A stretch of 64,000 bases of DNA from a virus. Lineage: Duplodnaviria; Caudoviricetes. The notes beneath the pieces were generated by a model. The model searched no databases. It had not been told where the DNA came from and saw nothing but the letters and a program-made list of their open reading frames with translations. This document shows, one piece after another, positions 1 to 9,667 of the stretch. The DNA is taken from positions 11,425 to 75,424 of IMG/VR virus record IMGVR_UViG_3300049458_000012, one strand, 5' to 3'. Both the position numbers and the translations under genes were made by a program. Numbering within the stretch: position 1 is the stretch's first letter; every line of letters begins with the position of its first letter.

Positions 1-18
1 AGCGATTACACCCCCGAG

Positions 19-477
19 TTGGGATTGCGCATCTGTGAACGTATTGCCAGCAGCACAATCTCTATTGCTCGGCTGTGTGAAGAGGACTGGATGCCAGCGT
101 ATATCACGATCGCGAAATGGCGACGGGATGTGCCGGAGTTTGATTCCTCATTCACACGCGCGCGCCATGATCGCGCAGACTTGTACGCTGAGGAAACGAA
201 GGACATCGCTGACACTCCGGTGATTGGCGAGAAGACGAAGATCAGTCAATTCGGGGTGGAAGTCACGCGTGGCGATATGATCGAGCACCGCAAGCTTCAG
301 GTGCAAACGCGGCAGTGGCTCGCTTCGAAGATCAACAAGAACGTTTACGGCAATGCGGTGGAAGTAACCGGTGCGGGTGGCGGGCTGGTCACGCCTAACT
401 CGCCGGACGAGATGAGTGATGCTCAGTTGGCGGCCATTGCGAAAGCGGGCCAACCAACTTCCGAGCCCGAAGAGTAG
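19..477 (+). CDS. terS: Terminase small subunit (Sf6-like); true start may lie upstream of the window
   Basis: ORF has ICERIASS..IARLCEE..P...TIAKW, ARHDRADLYAEE..DIAD and EHRKLQVQTRQWLASK, typical of this TerS family; lies upstream of TerL. Confidence 0.8.
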   Translation: MGLRICERIASSTISIARLCEEDWMPAYITIAKWRRDVPEFDSSFTRARHDRADLYAEETKDIADTPVIGEKTKISQFGVEVTRGDMIEHRKLQVQTRQWLASKINKNVYGNAVEVTGAGGGLVTPNSPDEMSDAQLAAIAKAGQPTSEPEE

Positions 478-487
478 CTCAGCTCTT

Positions 488-616
488 CAAAGTCAATCGC
501 TTCGGATTCGAACGTTGCACGAGTTGCGTGTCTTCTCGGGCTGCCTATTCGGATTTGACCTTTTCGCGCGAGACCCCCTCTGGTGCTGGAGGGCTCAAAC
601 GAGGCGATTGACTTTG
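488..616 (+). other. Intergenic multi-stem structure (candidate ncRNA or cis element)
   Basis: 17-bp inverted repeat caaagtcaatcgcttcg (488-504) / cgaggcgattgactttg (600-616) with one U-G wobble, enclosing smaller hairpins. Confidence 0.4.
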
Positions 617-648
617 GGGTATTGATTTGCAAAACGGAGAACTCATTT

Positions 649-918
649 ATGATCAATGGCTCGGACGGGGCACCCTTGCCCACGAAGACGGAAGTTGAAG
701 TTACGTTTCATTGCATGATGCGATCTAACGGCGCTAAGTTGGTTGTGTTCACGAAGGCGGGCGCGTACATCGGGGATGTGGAGTTCGAAGGTACGAACCC
801 GCTGGCCTACCCGGTGCTGGCGGCAGTGATGCAGCAATTCGTGCAGTCTACTCAGTCGGCTGTGCAGACGGCTCCGGCATCCGTATTGGCGGGCCTCGAT
901 CGGGCGACCAAGCGGTGA
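649..918 (+). CDS. Hypothetical protein
   Basis: GGAGA SD before ATG 649; stop overlaps next GTG. Confidence 0.55.
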   Translation: MINGSDGAPLPTKTEVEVTFHCMMRSNGAKLVVFTKAGAYIGDVEFEGTNPLAYPVLAAVMQQFVQSTQSAVQTAPASVLAGLDRATKR

Positions 919-1127
919 GCGTTGTGTTCGAGTGGCCGAAGTTCGATGTGCATGCGCCGTTCGATGCTCCGCTGCGGATGCGTGAGTTGCATGCCAAGCG
1001 TGAGCACGAGCAGGCAATGGAATACATGCGCAGTGAAGAGTTTCGACGTCTCATAGAGCCGATCGTGAAAAAGGCATATGAGACCATGCGTGGCGGCCCG
1101 GTGGGTGTTGCTGGTCGAACGGTGTGA
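915..1127 (+). CDS. Hypothetical protein
   Basis: GTGA overlap with the previous gene; 70 aa ORF. Confidence 0.5.
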   Translation: MSVVFEWPKFDVHAPFDAPLRMRELHAKREHEQAMEYMRSEEFRRLIEPIVKKAYETMRGGPVGVAGRTV

Positions 1128-1200
1128 CGTTCTCCTTCGCCGTGCGCTCAGTGCTGAGCTACCCCCTCGGTATGATCCTGCCGGGCCGCCACGCATGGCG

Positions 1201-2826
1201 ATGAGTCCACAGCACGCGTTGCTGCTGCCGGAGCCCTATGTAGGTGTGCACCAGCCCCTGACCCCTGCGCAAGCGGCCCAGCACCTTCTGAATCGACGGC
1301 TGTCGCGTACGGATGTGGTGACGTATGCGGGGGTGATCTCCGTACCGGGAAGACCGGTGCGGGAGGAAGATCCGGATTGCGAGTTGTTTCGCCCGGTGGA
1401 GACGCACCTCGCGGAACACATGGTGTTGATATTGCGGGCCATGGAGCGGACCTTCGCGAGGCGCTATGGGCGGTTGCTCATAATGATGCCGCCCGGTGGA
1501 GGGAAGACCACTTATGCCTCGGTTGTGTTCCCCTCGCATCATCTGGGTGCGCATGCGGGCTTCCGTTTGGGGCTGGGGAGTTATGGAGACGATTTGGCGT
1601 TGAAGATGGGCCGCAAGACGCGGGCCGTTATCCAGCAGCCACGTTACAAGTCGATCTTCAAAACCGAGTTGTCACGCGACTCGCGAGCGGGCAACCAATT
1701 CCAACTCACCAATGGGTCGGAGTACATGGCGGCCTCGATCGGGGGCGCTTTTCCCGGCAACCGGCTCGATGGGGCGATTGCGGATGATCCAATCAAGGGC
1801 CGCACCGAGGCGAGTTCGGAGACGGTGCGGGCCACGACGTGGGATGAGTACAAAGACAACTTTGTAACGCGCCTCGTGCCGGGCGGCCCCATCGTGCTCA
1901 TCATGACGCACTGGGATGAGGAAGACCCCGCGGGGCACATTCTCCCGGATGGGTGGAGCGGGGACTCGGGCATGTTCGTCGGCAAACATGACGGGTTGGA
2001 TTGGGAAGTGTTGTGCCTGCAGGCGAAGTGCGAGACCACGACCGATCCATTGCACCGGAAGATTGGGGAGTATTTTTGGCCGGAGTGGTTCGATGCGAAA
2101 CACTGGCAACAGTTCGAATCGGACATCCGCTCGTGGAACTCTTTGTATCAGCAGCGCCCCCGTCCATTGGAGGGCGCATTCTTCGCGCAAGAAGACATGC
2201 TGGTCAATGGCAAGCCGATCGAAGATCCACAGCGTGTGGATTACGTGTACGCGATCATTGACTCGGCGATGAAGGACGGGAAGCCGCATGATGGGTTGGC
2301 CGTTATGTTCTTCGCCCGCAGTAAGCTCAATGTGCCGCTCAATCCACCGCTCGCGGTGCTGGATTGGGACCTTACGCAGATCAAAGGCGCCTTCCTCAAC
2401 GAGTGGCTGCCGAGTGTGTTCGTGCGTGGACAGCAGCTCGCGAAGGACTGCTCCGCACGCTTAGGGTTCATCGGTGCTTTCATCGAGGACAAATCCTCGG
2501 GCACCGTGCTCCTGCAGCAAACCAAGCATCAAACTTGGGTGGAGGCGCATCCCGACTGGGCCGCGCACGCGATCCCCGCGGACCTCACTGCGCAAGGTAA
2601 GAAGGGTAAAGCGATCAATGTCGCGGGGTATGTGCACGCGGGGATGGTGAAGTGGACCCGCAGAGCGTGGGAGAGAGTCTGCACCTTCAAGGGCGTCACC
2701 AAGAATCACGCCCTCGGCCAAGTGCTCAAGTTCTCCCCTGACACGAAGGACACGGACCCGGATGATTGTTTAGACGATTTCACGTATGGAGTCGCATTGG
2801 GGTTGGGAAATCGAAAAGGATTCTGA
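1201..2826 (+). CDS. terL: Terminase large subunit
   Basis: Walker A MPPGGGKTT, Walker B region AIADDPIKG, LYQQRP, RNase H-like nuclease motifs IDSAMKDG..HDG and DDCLDD; start uncertain (1195 or 1201). Confidence 0.93.
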   Translation: MSPQHALLLPEPYVGVHQPLTPAQAAQHLLNRRLSRTDVVTYAGVISVPGRPVREEDPDCELFRPVETHLAEHMVLILRAMERTFARRYGRLLIMMPPGGGKTTYASVVFPSHHLGAHAGFRLGLGSYGDDLALKMGRKTRAVIQQPRYKSIFKTELSRDSRAGNQFQLTNGSEYMAASIGGAFPGNRLDGAIADDPIKGRTEASSETVRATTWDEYKDNFVTRLVPGGPIVLIMTHWDEEDPAGHILPDGWSGDSGMFVGKHDGLDWEVLCLQAKCETTTDPLHRKIGEYFWPEWFDAKHWQQFESDIRSWNSLYQQRPRPLEGAFFAQEDMLVNGKPIEDPQRVDYVYAIIDSAMKDGKPHDGLAVMFFARSKLNVPLNPPLAVLDWDLTQIKGAFLNEWLPSVFVRGQQLAKDCSARLGFIGAFIEDKSSGTVLLQQTKHQTWVEAHPDWAAHAIPADLTAQGKKGKAINVAGYVHAGMVKWTRRAWERVCTFKGVTKNHALGQVLKFSPDTKDTDPDDCLDDFTYGVALGLGNRKGF

Positions 2827-2830
2827 AGGC

Positions 2831-3016
2831 ATGATCGATGCATACTTCAAACTCGCCGTCATCCGACAGGTGCGAGCTTGGTTGCTCGATGGAGGGGCCA
2901 CGCACTCCGTGCTGCAGGATCGTTGCGATTTCATTCAGTGGGGGCCGGGTGGAGCGTGTCGTTGTTTCGGGGAGCGCAACCACTCCGGCAAGCATGAGTA
3001 TCCGGTGTGCAATTGA
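2831..3016 (+). CDS. Small Cys/His-rich hypothetical protein
   Basis: ATG 4 nt after the TerL stop; C..C.C...H..KH pattern. Confidence 0.4.
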   Translation: MIDAYFKLAVIRQVRAWLLDGGATHSVLQDRCDFIQWGPGGACRCFGERNHSGKHEYPVCN

Positions 3017-3033
3017 AAGAGGAGAAAAGACCA

Positions 3034-3219
3034 ATGGCGAAGATCAACGCAGATGAAGCGATCGAATACGGCACCACGCTCGTCAATGCGGGAGTCGCGG
3101 CGAAGCGGTGCGGGCTGACGGAGTTTGATTTGGCGGAAGCCGCCCGGCCCGATGTGCAAGAGGCAATGGAGCAATGGGCGAAGGACAAGGCGAGCCCTCC
3201 ACCGCCCGCGAAGGACTAA
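3034..3219 (+). CDS. Hypothetical protein
   Basis: GAGGAG SD upstream of ATG 3034. Confidence 0.55.
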   Translation: MAKINADEAIEYGTTLVNAGVAAKRCGLTEFDLAEAARPDVQEAMEQWAKDKASPPPPAKD

Positions 3220-3226
3220 CGGTAAA

Positions 3227-3257
3227 CGGGCCCCTGGCCAATAGGTTCAGGGGCCCG
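3227..3257 (+). terminator. GC-rich hairpin (terminator or processing stem)
   Basis: 10-bp stem cgggcccctg/caggggcccg; no clear U-tract. Confidence 0.4.
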
Positions 3258-3293
3258 AGCCGCTTATCCAACTCACCCGAGGAGTTTGCACCG

Positions 3294-6104
3294 TTGCAAC
3301 TGAAACGTTTATTCCTTACGCTGGCTGCGCTGTTCACGCTGGCGTTGCCTGTTTTTGCGAATCCTCCCACGCAGTCGTATCACCTCGTGCTCACGCCCTC
3401 GGGGAAAGCGGATTCGAGATTCCCGGATGGTAACGATGCTGCATTGCTGCACTGGGCAACGATCCCCGATATAACGGTCAACAACGGATCGAGTGGCAGC
3501 GTTAACCTGCGTTCGTTTTTGACGGAGCCGGGATCTCCGAACGCGGCACTGACGGTGGGGTGCACGACCTCGGCGCTGCCTACGGGCGGGTTCAGCTTCG
3601 CGGACCCAACGCTGACCTACACCACCACGACGACAACCGCGGTGGTGTGCACCGCAACCGCGACTCGTACGGGCGGTTCACCAGTCAACTCGTTTCAATT
3701 CAACTTAGTTTCCAACTCGGCGGCTGCTGCAGACACCACAGCGCCAATGACTCCGTCGATTGTGTCGGCCATATGTTCGACAACGACGAGCTGCGCGGTA
3801 ACGATATTGCCGTTGAGTGATCCTTGCGTATCGGGGGCGTCCACCTCGGGGCTGAAGGACATTCGCCTCTACCGCAACGCGGCGCTGATCAATACGCAGA
3901 CCGTGAGTGTGGGCCTCAGCCCTTGCTTAGTTCCAACTTCGATCGGTAATGCGAGCAGTGTTTCGACCTCGCAGACCGGGGCCAATTGGCAGGCCACGCT
4001 GACCTCGGGAGACTTTTACAGCACGGCCAGCAATGGTGTGTTGCTGACGCCTGCGGTCTCGTTGTCGGGCGACTTGGACATTGTTACCTACACCTCCAGC
4101 TTCCCGACCACTAATTACTCCTTCGCCAAGATTGGCCCGATCTTCGCGAAGACGTTGGATTCACCGCAGCAGGCGATCTGGGGCGTGCAGTTCCCGGTCA
4201 CGGCGGGGTTGGGCAACGGCGTCAACCTCGAACAACGAGCCACGGCGGGTGGAGCCGCTACGCAGCAAGCGCGCGTGGCCAACGTTGGCCCGGGTTGCCT
4301 GTGGATGCACCGCACCGCGGCCACCAGTACGTTCCAGCTCTATAGCTCCCCGGATTGCAACTCGTGGGTGACGCGCCAGTCCTCCACGATGACGCTGGCA
4401 GACCCGGTCTTCCCAGGGGTGATGTGGGGGCAGACGAATGCAGCGGCGATGACCGTGACGCAGCGCGTCTCCATCAATAACCTTGCGCAGTACACGTTCA
4501 CCGATACTGGACGATCGCCCAGCACGACCTACACATACACGGTCGATGCACGCGACAACGCGAGCACGCCGAATGTGTCCACGATCTCGGCGGGAGTGGC
4601 CGCTACAACGCAGGGATCGGCGCCCGCGGTGGAGGCGTGGCCTCGATTGGGTGCGGTGGTAACGGGCGGCAGCCCACGTGACTATTGTTCAGACCCGTCT
4701 GTCCAGTGGCAATCGCGCATGTCGGTTGTTATTACGAATATATGGAACGGGTGGCAAGCCACTTGCACGGTTCGCACCTGGGGACAGAGTGTGCAGGCGG
4801 TGCACGATCAATCCCCGCTGAGCGTTCCAACGCGCATCTTCTCTTATTACAATGCCACCCAGGGTTCGAACTCCTCTAGTGGGGTGGATGCGAACTTGAA
4901 TGCGGCCATGAACGCCAACAACTGGTGGCTGCGCACGACATACCCGTCTGGATCAATAGTGCCGGGGTTCTGGTCTTCGAGTTTGAATGTCTTCAATTTG
5001 TATTATCCGGGCGGCAACAACGATGGTGCGGGCCGCACGATGTGGCAGTGGCTCGGGCGGTATTTCCTGGATGTGAACTATTGCGGCGGGTGCAGTGGGC
5101 TCGCTACGAGCGGCAACGCTGCGGCGCCAGCCCTCGCGGGCGTTTATGCGGATGACTTGGCCCACAGTCCACAAGTAAGTGGCGACTTCAATCGTGACGG
5201 CACGTCGGACAGTTCCGGGAATCAAACCTTTTGGCCCGGGTGGCGTGTGGGCGGAAGGCGCATCATGGATGAGATCACCACTATAACGCCCACGCTGAAG
5301 AAAGCGGCGAATGTGGGCGGCGCATACAGTGATTCGTCCATCGCGAATGGCGCTGAGTTCATCGGGTACTATGACGTCGTGTTCATGGAAAACCTGATGG
5401 GCCAGCAGTATTTGGAATATTACAACGGGTTCGATGGAGTCGTGGCCGGGGAAATCAATGAGTTCAAACTCCTGAACCCCAACGGCCTCAAGCAAGCGAT
5501 CTTCAACCATCACATCAGCGCCGCGAATGGCACAGACTACTCCGACGCCACCCCTTATCGGGCGGCATGGTATGGGATGACCACGGCTTGGGTCACGAAC
5601 GACGGTTATTACTCCGCGGACATTGCCGCGGGCCTCAACTTCACCCAATACAACATCAACGATCGCGTATGGTTCGATTACTACGCAATCAACCCCTCCA
5701 CGGGCGTGCCGGTGAGCATGGGGAGCGCAACCAACTCCTCGCTGAAGTGGCTCGGAGCCGCCACCGGGGCGATGCAAACGGTTGCGGGCACCGGGACGGA
5801 TGGCATTCGCATTCGCTTCTATGCGAACGGCTTTTGTGCGGTGAATCCGAAAGGCAACGGCACGCAGGGGCTGACGACAGCCGCGGTTGGAGGAGCGGGC
5901 CTGTATGAGCGCGTGCACGGTACGCAGCGACAAAGTTGGGATGACGGCACAACGTTCAACAGCACGCTGTCGATGCCCGCGCGAGACGGGATCTGCATGC
6001 GCAAGCTCTATATGTGGCTGATGCTGCTGTTGCTACCGAATCTGTGGCGCCGACGTCGGGCTGCGAATGACGATTTTTTCAATGCGCGAAGGAGGGCAGC
6101 ATGA
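3294..6104 (+). CDS. Large secreted/membrane-anchored protein: signal peptide, beta-sandwich and FN3 domains, putative glycoside-hydrolase TIM barrel, C-terminal TM plus SsrA-like tail
   Basis: TTG start after GAGGAG; KRLFLTLAALFTLALPVFA signal; FN3 motif SPSTTYTYTVDARD; YYSAD..WFDYY..LG..RFYANG..AVNP resembles GHL15-type hydrolases; ends MWLMLLLLPNLWRRRRAANDDFFNARRRAA. Confidence 0.7.
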   Translation: MQLKRLFLTLAALFTLALPVFANPPTQSYHLVLTPSGKADSRFPDGNDAALLHWATIPDITVNNGSSGSVNLRSFLTEPGSPNAALTVGCTTSALPTGGFSFADPTLTYTTTTTTAVVCTATATRTGGSPVNSFQFNLVSNSAAAADTTAPMTPSIVSAICSTTTSCAVTILPLSDPCVSGASTSGLKDIRLYRNAALINTQTVSVGLSPCLVPTSIGNASSVSTSQTGANWQATLTSGDFYSTASNGVLLTPAVSLSGDLDIVTYTSSFPTTNYSFAKIGPIFAKTLDSPQQAIWGVQFPVTAGLGNGVNLEQRATAGGAATQQARVANVGPGCLWMHRTAATSTFQLYSSPDCNSWVTRQSSTMTLADPVFPGVMWGQTNAAAMTVTQRVSINNLAQYTFTDTGRSPSTTYTYTVDARDNASTPNVSTISAGVAATTQGSAPAVEAWPRLGAVVTGGSPRDYCSDPSVQWQSRMSVVITNIWNGWQATCTVRTWGQSVQAVHDQSPLSVPTRIFSYYNATQGSNSSSGVDANLNAAMNANNWWLRTTYPSGSIVPGFWSSSLNVFNLYYPGGNNDGAGRTMWQWLGRYFLDVNYCGGCSGLATSGNAAAPALAGVYADDLAHSPQVSGDFNRDGTSDSSGNQTFWPGWRVGGRRIMDEITTITPTLKKAANVGGAYSDSSIANGAEFIGYYDVVFMENLMGQQYLEYYNGFDGVVAGEINEFKLLNPNGLKQAIFNHHISAANGTDYSDATPYRAAWYGMTTAWVTNDGYYSADIAAGLNFTQYNINDRVWFDYYAINPSTGVPVSMGSATNSSLKWLGAATGAMQTVAGTGTDGIRIRFYANGFCAVNPKGNGTQGLTTAAVGGAGLYERVHGTQRQSWDDGTTFNSTLSMPARDGICMRKLYMWLMLLLLPNLWRRRRAANDDFFNARRRAA

Positions 6105-8314
6105 ACACTCGTGTATTCTTGCGTGGAGTGCTGTGCGCCTTAGCGCTGACATTGTTCGTGCCACGCTTGGCACTCGGCACAGCGAGTGTTTTGCAAACCG
6201 GCCACGCCGAGACCGCGAGCGGCGTGGCGACGTTCACTGTGACCCCAACGGGCTTGACGGCGGGAAGTCTGGTTGAGGTCTGCTCTGAACTCAACCGCAA
6301 CAATACGGTCAGCTCGGTCAGTGGCTCGGTCAACGGGAGTTACACGGTAACGGGAGCGGATGCGGATGACGGAACCGCGCGACGGTTGTCTTGTTGGCGG
6401 AAGGAGAACGTTGCGGCGGGAAGTGAAATAATCACCTTCACTTACAACTCCTCCACCAGTGCCCCGGGCATCGCGTGGGTTGAGGTTGGAGGGGTGAAAA
6501 CCAGCTCCGCGTTGGACATCGCTGCGAGTGGACGCGCACAGACGACGCCAACCACGGGTACGGATCTCGTGGTGAGCAATGCAGCCACGAGCACCGCGCA
6601 ACCTGCCATCATTATTAGTTTCAGCGGTGCGGTGTTCGCCAATGGACCTGCTGCAGGCACCGGGTTCACTAGCGCGGCCCTGGTCGATTGGGGCGGCACG
6701 GGCCCGGGTGGACAGGTCCGTATTGAGTCCAAGCGCATCACGGCCACGGGGTCGCAGACCTCTACTTTCACTGCCACCTCCAACGTGACGCACCTCACCA
6801 CGATGGCGGTGTTCGATGAGCTGACGGTAACGAATCCAACGTTCACTTCCGCGCCCGCGTTCTCTTCACGCACCACCAGCTCGATAGTCGATGCATCGAC
6901 TGCGAGTGAGACGGGTACGTATTATGGCGTGCTGGTCACCAGTGGATCGGGCGCACCGAGCTGCACCCAGGTGAAGGCGGGCCAGGATAGTACCAGCTCC
7001 TTCGCGTATGCGGCCAACAGTGTGGCGGAGACGGCCACAGTGAGCGCGAACCTGACTTTTGGATCGTTGACGAGTGGGACGGTGAAGGACGGTTACTTTT
7101 GCGTGCATGGCACGGTTAGTAATCTGGACAGCACGGTCTCTTCGATCCTGAATCAGTACAAGACGCCCGCATTCTCTGTGGCTCCGTCCGTGACGGCGCG
7201 CAGCACGACCTCGTACACCGTGGGGCAGACGCTTGATGGTGCGGGCTCGGTGGCCCTCGTCACATGCAAAACGCCCGACACCGCCCCCACGGGCACCCAG
7301 GTGAAAGCGGGCCAGTGCACGGGGAACGTCACCGCGACCTCTTCCGCCACCAAATCGACAACGGGCGCCGACACGGAGACCTTATCCGGGCTGGACACGA
7401 CCATTCGCCCGATCTATACGGTGTACGAGGTGGGCACCTATGGCTCGATTGATTCCGCGGTGACGGCGATAGCCTCACAGTTGTTGTCGGCTCCCGCGGG
7501 CCAGCAATACATTGTGGCTGCGGCCCTCCCGTGGCCCGGAGGCGCGAATTCGGTCTTTGCGAATATATCCCCCGCGGTCGTCAATGGGGACGTGTGGCAA
7601 GCGCCGTTGGTGGCGTCTCCGAGCCCCAGCAACTATGCCATTACACAAGGCACCGATGGCACCTTTCAGATCGCCACCGCGGGGGATCAATCGCGCCAGT
7701 CTTTCGTCTCCAACGTGTATGACGTGTCGGTGGATGCTTGGTCTGGAACGTTCACCTCGTACGTCAACGATCAATCACCCGTTTGTACGGGGCTGCCTTC
7801 GAGCCCTGGCGGCGCTCCCGGAGTTACGACAACGCAGACGGGCGTAGCACTAACTCCGATCGATTGGAATACGTTCTTCACGGATGCGGAGAACGATGCG
7901 CTCACAATTTCGCTGTCGCCTTCGTCCTTGAACTCGATCCCCTTGAACTTGGGGCTGAGCAGCGGAGTATTGTCGGGCTCGATCGCCGCAGCGGGCACCT
8001 CGTTGCTGACGTTTCGAGCGACAGACATTGCCGCGGAGCACACGGACTGCGCCGCTTGGTCGATTTCAGCATTCACCACGGTCACCGTGCCGTCGGTTGT
8101 TGGGCAGAGCTTCTCCGCGGCTAGCAGCACTTTGACGGGGCTGCAGTTGACCGTGCCCGCAGAGCAACAGATCTACCGTTGCCGTCGAAAGACCGCATAT
8201 GACCAGATCCTGAATCAAACTCCCTCCGCTGGCGCCGTGGTCAACCCATTCACGACCATGCAATTGACGGTCGCCAAGGCTTGTGCATTCTTCAACGCTC
8301 CGGTGGTCCAATGA
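6101..8314 (+). CDS. Secreted Ser/Thr-rich multi-Ig-like protein with C-terminal PASTA domain
   Basis: Signal-like N-terminus; two tandem P.F..AP....R..TS...AP...QVKAGQ repeats; Ig/cadherin-like FTDAENDAL; PASTA-like VTVPSVVGQSFSAASSTL...ILNQTPSAGAVV. Confidence 0.65.
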   Translation: MNTRVFLRGVLCALALTLFVPRLALGTASVLQTGHAETASGVATFTVTPTGLTAGSLVEVCSELNRNNTVSSVSGSVNGSYTVTGADADDGTARRLSCWRKENVAAGSEIITFTYNSSTSAPGIAWVEVGGVKTSSALDIAASGRAQTTPTTGTDLVVSNAATSTAQPAIIISFSGAVFANGPAAGTGFTSAALVDWGGTGPGGQVRIESKRITATGSQTSTFTATSNVTHLTTMAVFDELTVTNPTFTSAPAFSSRTTSSIVDASTASETGTYYGVLVTSGSGAPSCTQVKAGQDSTSSFAYAANSVAETATVSANLTFGSLTSGTVKDGYFCVHGTVSNLDSTVSSILNQYKTPAFSVAPSVTARSTTSYTVGQTLDGAGSVALVTCKTPDTAPTGTQVKAGQCTGNVTATSSATKSTTGADTETLSGLDTTIRPIYTVYEVGTYGSIDSAVTAIASQLLSAPAGQQYIVAAALPWPGGANSVFANISPAVVNGDVWQAPLVASPSPSNYAITQGTDGTFQIATAGDQSRQSFVSNVYDVSVDAWSGTFTSYVNDQSPVCTGLPSSPGGAPGVTTTQTGVALTPIDWNTFFTDAENDALTISLSPSSLNSIPLNLGLSSGVLSGSIAAAGTSLLTFRATDIAAEHTDCAAWSISAFTTVTVPSVVGQSFSAASSTLTGLQLTVPAEQQIYRCRRKTAYDQILNQTPSAGAVVNPFTTMQLTVAKACAFFNAPVVQ

Positions 8315-9660
8315 GCATACAAACATTGCCTATTGAGAGTTCGGTCACAATCCGGATTCTCGTCAATGCGCCGGACACAGGGCTGCCTGCGCCAGCGGAC
8401 TTCGCCCCAACAATCGATATCTTCGATGGGGCCTCTGCGGTGCCCGTGTTGGCGGGCATTGTCTCCGCACCAGTGGGGGCGATCGTTGGGGATTATTCCG
8501 CGGTGCTGCCGTTCACCACAGCCAACACGTTTCAGACGGGTCACTCGTACACCGTGAAACGATATGTGACGATCGGTGGGGACGTCTTCACATACTCGGA
8601 CGGCACGTATTTGCTGACCGCGGTGAATGTGGCGCAGTCCGTGGACAACGCAACCGGCATTGCGGCCATCAAGGCGAAGACCGACAACTTGCCTTCAGAC
8701 CCCGCGGACGAATCGCTCATCATTGCGGCCACCACGGCCCTGGCCAACTCGATTGCGGCCCTGGCCGCGACTCTCGGGGCGCCCGTAACTACGATCGCGG
8801 GCGACATTGGGGCGGTGAAGACAGTGAGCGATACGCTGTCAACGCGGTTGACGCCCACTCGGGCGGGATACTTGGACAACTTATCAGCGGGCGCGGTGGC
8901 CCTCGCCACTACGGCGGCTGCGATCAAGGCGAAAACGGATAACTTGCCCGCGGCGCCGGCAGACGAAACATTGATCATTGCGGCCACTAATGGCATTGTC
9001 GCCCTCATCAATGCGTTGACGGCCACGCTTGGCGCTCCCGTCACCACGATCGCGGGCGACATTGGCGCGGCGAAAGCGGATACAGGGACGTTGATCACGC
9101 GGCTCACGGGCGCGCGAGCGGGATTCCTGGATAACTTGTCTGCGGGTGCGGCAGCGCTGGAGGCCACTGCCCAGTTGATCAAGGCGAAGACGGATGGGCT
9201 GCCCGCGGCCCCCGCGGATGAAACGGCAATCATTGCTGCCATCACCGCGGTCATGACTCGATTGGGTGTGCCTGCGAACGTTACCATTGCGACCGATATC
9301 GCGGGATTGGGCGCGAGACTTCCGGATGTGTTGGTGGGTGGATTTTTGAAGGTGGTGGTGCAGCAGATCGCCAACGGGGTTATCACGACGCCAGCTTTCG
9401 CGGCCAACGCGATCGACGCCACAGTGCTGGCGGCATCCGCAGCGACGGAGATCGCTACCGCGGTGCGCAACCTCGTCGTTGAGGTGAATGGCAACCGTAC
9501 ATTGCAGCAGGCTCTCTCCATCATCCTCTCCTTCGCCGCGGGCATCACGACGGGCGGAGGCAACACGCTCAAGGACCCGAGCGGCACGGACGTTCGTATA
9601 GCGGCAGTGACGAATTCGAGTAATGAGCGCATCGGCATCAACTTGACACCGAGCCCGTAA
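8311..9660 (+). CDS. Ala/Thr-rich helical repeat protein (putative virion/fibre-like)
   Basis: ATGA overlap; about 2.5 copies of an ~85-aa unit AIKAKTDNLP..PADE..IIAA...RAG.LDNLSAGA. Confidence 0.7.
   Translation: MSIQTLPIESSVTIRILVNAPDTGLPAPADFAPTIDIFDGASAVPVLAGIVSAPVGAIVGDYSAVLPFTTANTFQTGHSYTVKRYVTIGGDVFTYSDGTYLLTAVNVAQSVDNATGIAAIKAKTDNLPSDPADESLIIAATTALANSIAALAATLGAPVTTIAGDIGAVKTVSDTLSTRLTPTRAGYLDNLSAGAVALATTAAAIKAKTDNLPAAPADETLIIAATNGIVALINALTATLGAPVTTIAGDIGAAKADTGTLITRLTGARAGFLDNLSAGAAALEATAQLIKAKTDGLPAAPADETAIIAAITAVMTRLGVPANVTIATDIAGLGARLPDVLVGGFLKVVVQQIANGVITTPAFAANAIDATVLAASAATEIATAVRNLVVEVNGNRTLQQALSIILSFAAGITTGGGNTLKDPSGTDVRIAAVTNSSNERIGINLTPSP
8659..9250 (+). repeat. Intragenic tandem repeat (~255-nt unit)
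   Basis: atcaaggcgaa(g/a)ac.ga recurs at about 8668, 8923 and 9178. Confidence 0.75.
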
Positions 9661-9667
9661 GTGCCTC

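Noticed and set aside
504-513. GTTCGAATCC on the - strand resembling a tRNA T-loop
   Set aside because: Flanks do not form a T-stem, acceptor stem or anticodon arm
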